Source: Podarcis tiliguerta (lineage: Eukaryota). From it: 64,000 nucleotides of DNA. Positions 54,101-64,000 of this stretch are shown here, one piece after another. Under the pieces are notes generated by a model that worked only from the letters and a program-made list of their open reading frames with translations, did no database searches and was not told where the DNA came from. Within the stretch, counting starts at the first letter, position 1; each line of letters opens with the position of its first letter. The stretch is taken from assembly GCA_965153285.1 (NCBI GenBank), contig OZ229116.1; one strand, 5' to 3'. A program made the translations under genes and the position numbers.

Positions 54101-56045
54101 TTTTGCCCTTAACAAAGAATAGACTTTTAGTTATTCATCACTGTATATCATCACTTTTGTGAACCTGGGTTGGAATTTAATTAATTTTTGTGGTTATCTT
54201 TTCTCTTGTAGACAAAACATACAGAAACTGAATGACCCATTCTCTTTATTTTCAACTCTGAAACTTTAGTCCTTTTCAGGAAACATCTGCACAGAAGGGG
54301 CCTCAGTTTCCATTCTGGCAAGGTAACATTAAACTGGAATTTCCTCTAGGAAAAAAATATATGTGAAATGGGGGCAAAGGAAAGCCAAGCCCTCAAAGAT
54401 CATACAGTCATGTGCTGTCTGCAAAAAGGTACGTGCAGCCAAAGTGCAATCACTGCAGGCCACAAAACTGTGAGACCAAACATTAGTGGGTGAGCACCCA
54501 TCCTCCACACTCCTCATGATTAATGCTTTGGATTTGGCTTACTGCATTAGAGATCTCTGGAAGGTGGTGTCCTTAAGGCCTAAATATTTATTGACTATGC
54601 TTTATGTTTTAGTTAGGTTTTTGCTAATGTGATTGTAATGTTGCATTTTTAAACAGTGTGCTGCTCTGCTATATTTTTTTGAAAGTGTTGTCTACTAAAA
54701 GAAAAAGAAAAGTAGAAATTACCTCAATGGCTAGATATACAGTATCAATATGTTTATGCTCAACGGATTCATAATATGACACGATGAAATTACTGAACCC
54801 GTGAATGAGAAGTGACTCATTCTAATTTTAAGTTAACATTAACTTAAAAAAATGAAACAAGAGCACATGCTACCAAAAATGGTACATTATGAATGAAGTT
54901 GGTGCTAAGATTCAGATATATCTGAACAGGATAATCTGTAAGAATTTCAATCTTTTGATAATTGCTTCACTTCTGAAAAGCAGAAGCCATCTCAGTAACT
55001 GAACAACATGTAATTTATCCTAGAAATTCTCAAGCTGTTTACTTATTTCATAGCCAGGGTGCCTTACAATGCCTATTGTATTAAGTATTTGCTCAAGTTA
55101 TTTGGCTGCCTGCCTGCCTCTAATTCCGATTTGTAACTTGGAAACCAGTTTCAGCCTATGCTGACCTGTTGTATCCAGAACACAAATTACCCATCTACTG
55201 ACCACCCGCAGAGCATTTTCTGCTGTTCATATTTAGCTAGGACAAGAGGCACATTTAAGACACATTTTGTACACTTGTGTGTAAGAGATGCACACGCCAC
55301 ACACATAACTGATTGTTACCACACGGCTTAATTTACAGCATATAACACAGCAAGACAATGCATTTCACATCTCAAATGTTTGCAAACTTTTTTTTTTGCA
55401 AAACACTATTATTATCCAATTTGTAAAAGGGGCAACAATATTCTGCAGCACATAATTTTGCATTGCTTATCAATGACTGATAACTTGATTGCATTTGTAT
55501 AGGACTCAGTAGCAAGCCAGTACAAGTAGAAATAACTGTATTCTTTGCACAAACTGGTAAGAGCCTTAGCTCTGTGACACAGCACATCATTTGAATGCAA
55601 AAGGTCGTAAATTTCAATCTCTGCCATCTCTAAGTAGTATTGCAAAAGACTAAGACCCTACTAACAGTCAGTGCAGACAATACTGAGCAAGATGGACTAA
55701 TGGGTTTGACGTCATATAAAAGAAATTTCAGGTGTTAGTTTCATAATTCAGTGACAACTCTGCCACTAATCAGAGTGTGTTGTGCTGCAATAATACCCCC
55801 ATTACTCATGCTAGGAAGCCAAGTCACCAATCAGTGCAGGGTATGGTAAAATTATTATCCCATTATTCCACTGTGTAGACATACTATACACAAAACGCGC
55901 CCAGGGAGAGACCACACAGTCACATGGCACAGTGGAGATGAAGGAGGCAGAAAATGCATACATCTACAACATTCATTCTTCACTCCAAGGGTAGTTTGAA
56001 GCCAATAGCATGCAACAGCTTTTTAATAACCACTGTTTCCATGGG

Positions 56046-56076
56046 CAAACAGACAGGATCCAAACAGACAGGATCC
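56046..56076. repeat. 15-bp tandem duplication (CAAACAGACAGGATC)x2
   Basis: Read directly. Confidence 0.9.
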
Positions 56077-58195
56077 TGCTGCAAGGAAGGACTTGAGTCT
56101 TGCAAAAATCAACCAGCTCCATGTTCCAGTTGGTAAGATATTTGCAACAGACTCTCATACCAATGCCATACTAGCCCAGGGCTTGCAAATACTGCCCTTT
56201 CACTTAGGACTTTATTCTCTTGACCTCATTTGCCAGCATATATTAATTTATAAATGAACCATAAGCTGCTATGTGGAATACAACACAATCAATGCTAGGG
56301 AATATGTTTAACTGCACCAACCTCTATTGAGAGAAAGGCCTTCAAGCTCTTTATTCAGACAAAAGGTTTTGTCCTTGCCCAGACTGTGCATGGGGGAAAA
56401 GTATGTGTAGAGTTGTCACTGGGGCTGCCCAGTTATTCCCTGTATTCCCCCCTCTTCAGGCAAGATGTCTTTTGGGACTGAAATTTTAACAAGTAATATG
56501 CTTTGTTGTAGTATCCCACTCTGAAAGTGGGGATGAAATTACGAGAGACAATCTCTTTGTCAACCAAATCCCCAAAGCAGAAAAGGTACCTAAATCTGGA
56601 CTCTTGTGTTTGATATATTATGCCTATGTTTCTTTCCAACTTTTGCATTTTCAAACTCACGCTTCTTGCCCCAATATTGCTTCCAGCATCACACAAACAA
56701 ATCAAGCAGCTGTATTAGCACCAAATAAGTATGTACATAAACAACTCACTCCCAACCACACATTTTTAAAATCAGCTTAGCTTTTTCCTGTCAGTGTTCA
56801 TGGTTCTGCCATGCAATAATATTAACAGAGATAGCCACAAGAATGCTTAGTGAAACATTCTTCATTTGTATAAGACAACAGGAGGTGGTGGTGGTGGGAA
56901 AGGAAAATAGAGCTTGTAACACTACAACAAAGTACATCTGCACATGCACAACATAACCTAAAACAAATGGTGATGTTTTTATTTAAATTAGAAATTATGT
57001 AAAAACTATAGTTCCAGCACTCAACTTAAAATACAGCAAAAGATAAGAGGCTCAAATGAATAACCACTACAAAAAGCTCTGTACTCTTGAAAATGCTCAC
57101 TTAGCCTATTTTGGCTAGCAATGTTTATTCCCACAAGCCCTTGGAAGAAGAGATTACAGTTGAAACACATTAGCAATTTTAAAACATTAGCATGTTAAAA
57201 TAACATTTTGAATACCCACTAGCATTTAACTGCTTCTTCTTGATATTAGAGTGCTATCTTCTTGTTGTGTGAGCCATCTTAACTATGCAACTACTGTAGT
57301 TAAAATAACCAAATGTGACCACAACAAATAGACACACATGCAGTTTTTATAGAGGACAGTGACCGTAGCTTATCCAACCCCCATCCTACCCCTGAAGATA
57401 TCATTCCGTTCCTAGTAGTAAAAACTGTAAGTGCATGTGTGATGGCCCTCAAAGTTGGTATGCAATTGTGTTTCTATAAAAGGTAACAGAGGAGGAAGCA
57501 AGTTTCCTGCATCTACTGTTAGGTCTCAGCAAGAGTCTAGCAAAAGGTACTATGATTCATGAGATCCAGAAGAAAGAAGCAGGTCCCAGAGAAGAGGAAC
57601 AAGGATCAGAGGAGCTACATAGCCAAAGGCCAGATCCAAGACACCAGTCAGGGAAAGGATCATGGAATGAATCAAGGTACGCACCCCTGAGAGATATTAG
57701 TGATTTGGATTAAGAAGCAAGATCAAAGAGGGCTTCAGTGAACTTGGTGGATGGGAATGGAGTCAGCAGAATGACTGTTAAGGCAGGCTTGAACTACAGC
57801 CAGGATGGTGCTCCCAAACCATGGAATTCAGTCAGTGGGCTTACTGGGCAAACAGCAAGCTGGTACCACAAGAGGTAAGGTGCAGCAACCGGAAGGCTGG
57901 AAGTTGGAGTCTGAAACACACACCCTCACCCAGATGGCCTTCCTACCTTCTTTAGTTCAAGGACCTCTGGGAAATGTGGGCAAAACTGATGGTATCGGAC
58001 AGAAAGTCAGTGAGATGTCATTTAAATCAGGTAACCCAGAAACTTTGAGTCCAACTCTGCCATATGTTACTGTTTTAGCTCTCAGGAAGGAGCTTTCTGT
58101 GTTGTGGTGGTTGTTTTAAGTAGCTTTTGGGGCACTGCATGGACCTGGTAGATTTAAGAATCGTGAAATGTGTAAGAGACCAAAAGTTGACAATA

Positions 58196-58410
58196 CAGTG
58201 ATACCTCTGGTTAACAACTTAATTCGTTCTGGAGGTCCGTTCTTAACCTGAAGCTGTTCTTAACCTGAGGTACCATTTTAGCTAATGGGGCCTCCCGCTG
58301 CTGCCACACAATTTCTGTTCTCATCCTGAAGCAAAGTTCTTAACCCAAGGTACTATTTCTGGATTAGCAGAGTCTGTAACCTGAAGCGTCTGTAACCTGA
58401 GGTACCACTG
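58196..58410 (+). mobile_element. Tc1/mariner-type MITE, family copy 3 (215 bp)
   Basis: TA-CAGTGATACCTCTGGTTA...TAACCTGAGGTACCACTG-TA; interior collinear with copies 1 and 2. Confidence 0.9.
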
Positions 58411-58435
58411 TACCCATTATGAGCATACCTTAATT

Positions 58436-58655
58436 TAAGGGTGGGGAACCCTTTTCAGCCTAAGGGCCTCATTTTCTGGGAGTCACTGGCTAGTGGTGGC
58501 TAGGGCCAGATGTAATAGGTGGGTAGAGCAAGGGGCTATAGAGCACACTCCAGCCCTGGTAAAAGCACCACAGAAGGGCGTAGAGCAAAGGCAGTGAGGG
58601 ATGTGGCCAAAGGAGTAGGCTGGATGGCCTGGGTGATTGGGGTTCCCCATCCCTG
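58436..58655. mobile_element. hAT-type MITE (220 bp)
   Basis: Imperfect TIRs TAAGGGTGGGGAACC / GGTTCCCCATCCCTG and 8-bp TSD CCTTAATT at 58428-58435 and 58656-58663. Confidence 0.8.
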
Positions 58656-61231
58656 CCTTAATTTAACTGGGCTTCAGAACGCTAGAATGAGATTATGAAC
58701 ATGGAAAAGATGGTTGATTTAGAGTCAGCTGAAATAACAGTGCAGGATTCTTTGACTTCTAATATGCCATATGCATATAAAATTTACAGCCAAAATGCAG
58801 AAGCATTTCTCATGCTCATGCTGCGACACCATAAAACAAATTTCACCCAAGTAACATGATTTTAGATGAAAGAAAATAGGAACTGTGTAATTATATACAT
58901 TTACCTTGACAAATAGAAAGCAATCTGTGATTAGAGCATAGCAATTAGGTACAAAACGCTTCCAATGGATTTAATTACCCATCAGTCTACAAGTTTCTTA
59001 ATTACTTCTATCTCACTGCATCAGTTAAAAAAAATTATTTTTTGCCTGAGGCAGCTAGTCACTTATTTACCAAGCTTGAAGATTTTGAATATGAATAAAT
59101 TACTTTACTAAAGCAAAAATATTTGGGTTATGGATAAATTGTTTTTCTAAAGCCTGTCCTTATTCAGCCTTTTGTAGGATGAAGGCATACATTATTGTTG
59201 CTTCTAGAATGGCTCTTTCGCCAGCAAAACGCAAATAGTATCCAGTTATCTATTTTTGTTTTTGTTTTAAATGTCTCAAGCAAGTTCCAATGGTTATTTT
59301 TGAAAAAACAAAGAGTCACATAGCCTTTTAAAGATTTACATGCTTATGAAGGCATGAACTCTTGTGGGCGAAATCTTACCTATAATACTAATAGGAATTG
59401 GCTCTTGCCCAGAAATGTAATATAATGATTTGTTTTAGTCTTTAAGATACCAAAAGATTCTGGACTCCATCAGAAAGTTCATTGTACTATTCTGAAATAT
59501 TTCTAGTTTCCCAGAGATGTTTTCTCACTACCACATCAGAAGAGAAATCCACACTCTGCGGGAAGCCTAAGGTACCACTGCCCCACTCCTCAAAAGACCT
59601 CTCTAAACAAAAAAAAGGGGGGGGAGACACCTCCCAATTGGACAGATATCAAAAGCCTGATTTTCCACTTAGCTTGCACAAGTTAAAAATCAATGAGGAA
59701 AGTAATCTTAATGTAGAAGACTCTCAGGTCATCTACATTATTAATAGGCAATGCAACTGAAAAATGTTTTTGTTCACCTGTCTCCATTGCGTTTCCAAAT
59801 GATTTTGAAATGAAAGGTGCTGAAGCATGAAGATTGCAGGCACTCGTTGCCTTCTGAAATCACAGTGCAGGGAATTGGTGGAATTCCTGCCTCCTTTGGC
59901 ACAGTGAACTTTCCTTGAAAGCAGACTACAAATTCACAGGGGTCCCTTGCCTTCAATCAAGAAAATGCTTAAAATGACCCCCATCTGCCACTTTAATGTA
60001 TTCTGCCCAAAGACTTCCATAAATATTTAATGCAAGAAAGGGACTGTTTAAACACAATGAATAGCTTGTGAAATTAAAGTTGGCTGATGGATTACACCAC
60101 GTAATGCACTGTAAACAGTGTTGGAGAAAGCATAGGACAGACAGACACACATGCCATCTCTTCAGTTAGAAGGGCCGGAAACGTACTCAAACCCCTGTAA
60201 GGTTACTTTAATGCTTCTGTATTACAGAGACAATGACTTGGATCCAAAACCAATTGCCTCCCATGTGCAAATATAAGGCATTTCCTCCTTCTACTCCCAT
60301 TTCCTCAGCTGTAACTGCTCATGTTTCCTGAAGAAGAGCTCTGGAGGGTCCCCCAAACCTTCAAGAAGGGTTAGGAGGAAGAACCATAGTGCTCATTTCG
60401 ATCTGAGCCATTGGCTAATATTGTTTTCAATGTTGGAAAAGCTTTCTGTTCTTCTTGCACTCGTGAACATATAATACAGGCTCGTGTTGCATGAAAAACC
60501 ATTTATTAAATTATTTAAATTTTGTTGCTATCTTATTAATCAAGCTAGCAAATTGATGAAGTTAACAACAGTGAAATGAACTACAGTTTTTGGACAAAGT
60601 ACAACCAGTGTAACATGCCAACATCTGACAGAAAAAGAAGTCTGCTGGGTTTTATTCTAGACAGACCAAGTAGTTCCAAATGAGTGAGCCACCTGTACAG
60701 AATATACAAGATTTTTGCTTATTTTTCTTTAAAAAAAAGTTTTCCTAAACGCAGGAAGGCTCTTCATTTTTAGGTTTATACTGTTGCATGTTTATTGTCA
60801 CAAACATTGCACTCCCAAATTAATAGCTTGCTCAACATTTCAGAATTCTATACAGTGTAACAAATGTGGATTGTTTATTGTGTATCATGCTATAGAAACA
60901 GGTACAGTTAGTAGGCAAGTGCCAGTGCCAGTGCCAGGTACAAATACTTTAGACATTGGTACCAGTATGAGAATAAGAAAACAGAAACAGTAATTTCCTG
61001 ACAATATTGTAAGAAAAACACACATTTCAAATGTTTGTTTCACTTGGTGTTCCTGGAAACCTTCCCTAAATTTTCCCAGAATTCATGGTTTGAATTGAGG
61101 AAAGTTTGTATGTAAGCAAACAAAAACATCCAAGGACAGGACATAAACACACATGAAGAGGAAACACACATGCACACAAATCACAAAGTGGTGGTGGCTC
61201 GGAAAAAAAGAACCACACACTCATGCACTGT

Positions 61232-61310
61232 GCACATTTTGGATGGAGTAGCCCTCCTGACTGAGCAGGTTTACAGACTGGTCATGCTTCTTAATCCATC
61301 TTTGTTGCAG
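61232..61310 (+). mobile_element. Small L2 ORF2 fragment
   Basis: Translation ILDGVALLTEQVYRLVMLLNPSL resembles the L2 segment VLDGVTLPLKEQVRSLGVLLDPSL as I recall it. Confidence 0.5.
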
Positions 61311-61906
61311 GTTACTTTTGTGACACAGAGCATCTCATACTATCTTCAGCTGGCCTGCCAGCTGTGACAGATATAGTCCGAGTTCAGCTGTCCTCCTGTA
61401 CCAGGAGTCATGGGACAAAACCAGTAGCCAGGACCAAGAGGAAAAACAGGAGGCAGGATTGAAGTGCAAGTCTGAAATCAGGATGGAAGAGCAAATCAGA
61501 GTAGGAGTAAACCAAAGTACCAGTACTGCTCATGAGTACCAGTCACTGGCCATGTACTCCTTATTCAAACTTCTGCTTGCCTTTCTCCTTTCTTCTGTAT
61601 ATCATGGGTCAAATGACTGTCACTCCCTGAAAGCCCCTCTTTTCAAACCTTCCCTTGGGCAGTCTCCTTCCTTCCCTGTTGTCTTCTGTCATGGGCCCTA
61701 GTCTACATGGCAGAATGTCTGGTTGATCCCTTGGTCATCTTTGCTAGCCTCAACTTGGTCACTCTTGAGTCAGCCCTCAGTGGGTGTACCCCTCCCAACC
61801 CTCCCAAGGTTTCAGTTTCCAGCATTCCAACAAGGATTTATAAGTGACAGGGAAGAACAAACAATGCAGATTGCTGATTAAATTTATCTGGTTAGTATGA
61901 AGTATG

Positions 61907-62097
61907 GGAAGGTAAATGGCATTTGCGTGTGCTGCTCTGGTTCGCCAGAAGCAGCTTAGTCATGCTGGCCACATGACGCAGAAGCTGTCTGCGGACAAAC
62001 AGTGGCTCCCTTGGCCAGTAAAGTGAGATGAGCGCCACAACCCCAGAGTCGTCCGCAACTGGACTTAACGGTCAGGGGTCCCTTTACCTTTACCTTC
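61907..62097 (+). mobile_element. 5'-truncated Sauria SINE
   Basis: Collinear with the 3' half of 26207-26560; tail CCTTTACCTTTACCTT; perfect 10-bp TSD ATGAAGTATG at 61897-61906 and 62098-62107. Confidence 0.9.
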
Positions 62098-62775
62098 ATG
62101 AAGTATGTGGGGCAGTACATATTGCTTTATGGCATACTGCAGAAGATATTAAGACATATCCTGAATTTTACACAGCCAGAGCCTGGTCTTGCTAGACTTT
62201 CATCTCTCCCTCTGCACATGACCATCAACAACTTAAGTGTCCTGTGGGAAGGATTCTGAGAGAGGGAGAAAGAGAGAAAGGAGGGGGGTAAGCAAAGACC
62301 ATCTCAGAGTCTTCTCCAGCAGGATCCATCTCCAATCAACTGCCCTATGGGGAAGGATGTTTATATTATTTACTCTTTTTTTAAAAAGTAGCTTAATATT
62401 ACTTATATGCCATTTTGGCATGGTTTTGATGCCAAAGAGTGGATATATAAATAGTTTAAGTAAACATAAAGAAATAAATACATCCTTTGGGCTTCCCCAT
62501 AGAAGCCTGAAAATGTTCAATAGCTAAAATGTGGCCATTCCTTTCCTCTTCTTCTAGTTTCTCATCACATTTTTCTTATCTTATTCAAAATGAAATCAAT
62601 CCTAGTTCTTCAGTTCTTCTGAGGCTGTCAGGCTGGAGCCATCATCCATCTATCTAACATCAACACTGGTCATGTTGGGAAAAGGTCGTCCTGGACACCA
62701 CCTTCTTTCCTGGGTTCGATGCCATTCAGATACAAGATACTACTCTTTACTATTTTCCATAGATAACTGAATCGT

Positions 62776-63111
62776 GGGTAAAACCTCAGCGCCTAGGACT
62801 TGCCGATCGCATGGTTGGCGGTTCGAATCCCCACGGTGGGGTGCGCTCCCGTCGTTCGGTCCCAGCGCCTGCCAACCTAGCAGTTCGAAAGCACACCCGG
62901 GTGCAAATAGATAAATAGGGACCGCTTACCAGCGGGAAACTAAACGGTGTTCCGTGTGCTGCGCTGGCTCGCCAGATACAGCTTGTCACGCTGGCCACGT
63001 GACCCGGAAGTGTCTGCGGACAGCGCTGGCTCCCGGCCTCTAGAGTGAGATGAGCGCACAACCCTAGAGTCTGGCAAGACTGGCCCATACGGGCAGGGGT
63101 ACCTTTACATT
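62776..63111 (+). mobile_element. Sauria SINE, distinct subfamily, slightly 5'-truncated
   Basis: B box GGTTCGAATCC, body homologous to 26207-26560, tail GGGGTACCTTTACATT. 12-bp TSD TAACTGAATCGT (62764-62775) / TAACTGAAACGT (63112-63123). Confidence 0.9.
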
Positions 63112-63892
63112 TAACTGAAACGTTCTTAATATAGTAGTATGTCTTGAAAGCAGGGAAGAATGTCGTTTTGTTTAACAATATAAATAAAAGACAAGCACAG
63201 TATACCATGTGCTGTAAGCAACTCTCCTGTCCAAAACCATCAACTTTTCGAGATGTATTTCTATGAAATACCTTCAAGTAGAAACACCTGGAAAAGATGA
63301 AAGGCTGTACCAGTGAAGAGAGTAATGTCTTTTTACAAGGCTTTGAGATCAAAGGGAAAAGTTCCCTGTATACCAAGACAAAACTAGTTTGTTTTTTTAA
63401 AAAAAATAGTTTTCATTTTAAACCCAAGCAGTCACATCCTTTGGTAAATAAGAACTGGTGAACTAAGACTGCAAGATGCAGTTGCTTTAAGCATATACCC
63501 AAGGCTTTTACACACACATCACCTTGAAGAGACGTTTCAGGAATTTTATCTCATTCTCAGAAAAACCACTGTATACACATATACAAACACACACAGTACG
63601 ATGTAAAAACCACTCACCTTATACCACAGACAATGGTTATAAATCAGACATTGTGGCAGGCAACACTGCAAGAAAAATCTGACAAATACAAAGCTAAGAA
63701 ATATTTTCTTCAAAAGAAAACCGTGGGTTTTGTTACATTCATTTCTTGATATTTTGGTCGGTTGCTTCATTTAAAAAAAAACATTTAAAAAAGCAGCCAG
63801 GTTGCAAACTATTTATTCTTAAGTAATCTCACTGAGGTTCTACTTCAGAGTCCAAAAAGGGAGCCAAATGAGAGTTATTATAAAATGGGATA

Positions 63893-63931
63893 TTAAGCGG
63901 TCTTCAAATTTAAGTGGTCTTCAAATTTAAG
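63893..63931. repeat. 17-bp tandem duplication TTAAG(C/T)GGTCTTCAAAT
   Basis: Read directly. Confidence 0.85.
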
Positions 63932-64000
63932 GACTACTGTCATAATTCCTATGAGCTGGGCTAATCTGTTTCCATTTTTTGTGGACAATAACAACATTAA

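Larger units (their letters stand above)
1..64000 (-). other. CDKAL1: Body of the CDKAL1 transcription unit; complete introns 32944-41706 (8763 nt), 19027-32797 (13771 nt), 16441-18845 (2405 nt), plus partial flanking introns
   Basis: Four in-order, in-phase exons. Neither the preceding CxxxCxxC exon nor the following TRAM exon was seen by eye, so both ends of the window are inferred to be intronic. Confidence 0.85.

Noticed and set aside
57540-57960. Purine-rich block resembling an LTR relic (also ~61360-61800)
   Set aside because: No TG...CA ends, TSD, PBS or paired copy could be established by eye.
62786-63376. 196-aa minus-strand ORF
   Set aside because: The C-terminal half is antisense translation of a Sauria SINE; the same peptide (CFRTARLAGAGTE) recurs at 26258-26485.
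63480-63630. CTTCAAG|GTGA on the minus strand as a possible end of the preceding CDKAL1 exon
   Set aside because: Translation (PETSLQ) does not match the expected RAKQSFQ, and no matching CxxxCxxC motif lies in frame upstream.
1-64000. A novel multi-gene system, or intron-encoded snoRNA/snRNA genes
   Set aside because: No coding sequence beyond CDKAL1 exons and LINE relics, and no convincing C/D or H/ACA layout seen by eye. An Infernal/Rfam scan would be needed to exclude ncRNAs properly.

Overview
Vertebrate genomic DNA, AT-rich and mostly intronic. The repeats (Sauria/Squam-type SINEs with ACCTTTAC tails, CR1 and L2 LINE fragments, mariner and hAT MITEs) point to a squamate, probably a lacertid lizard. 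The window lies inside one minus-strand gene, CDKAL1 (tRNA-Lys t6A37 methylthiotransferase, radical-SAM MTTase family). Four consecutive coding exons can be read with canonical GT-AG borders and matching phases: 41707-41873 (167 nt), 32798-32943 (146 nt, absent from the ORF track), 18846-19026 (181 nt) and 16378-16440 (63 nt). From recalled exon sizes they correspond to human exons 10-13. The flanking exons were not found and probably lie outside the window. All other ORFs look spurious or repeat-derived. I cannot support a new multi-gene biological system here. The best unexplained structure is non-coding: a near-perfect 100-bp palindrome, a nested-hairpin GC-rich MITE with mutually exclusive folds, a 70-bp (AAT)/(ATT) palindrome, two nested inverted repeat pairs bracketing the four exons (back-splicing hypothesis), and a palindrome-rich candidate enhancer. 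Repeat family names come from recognition of sequence, not from a database search.
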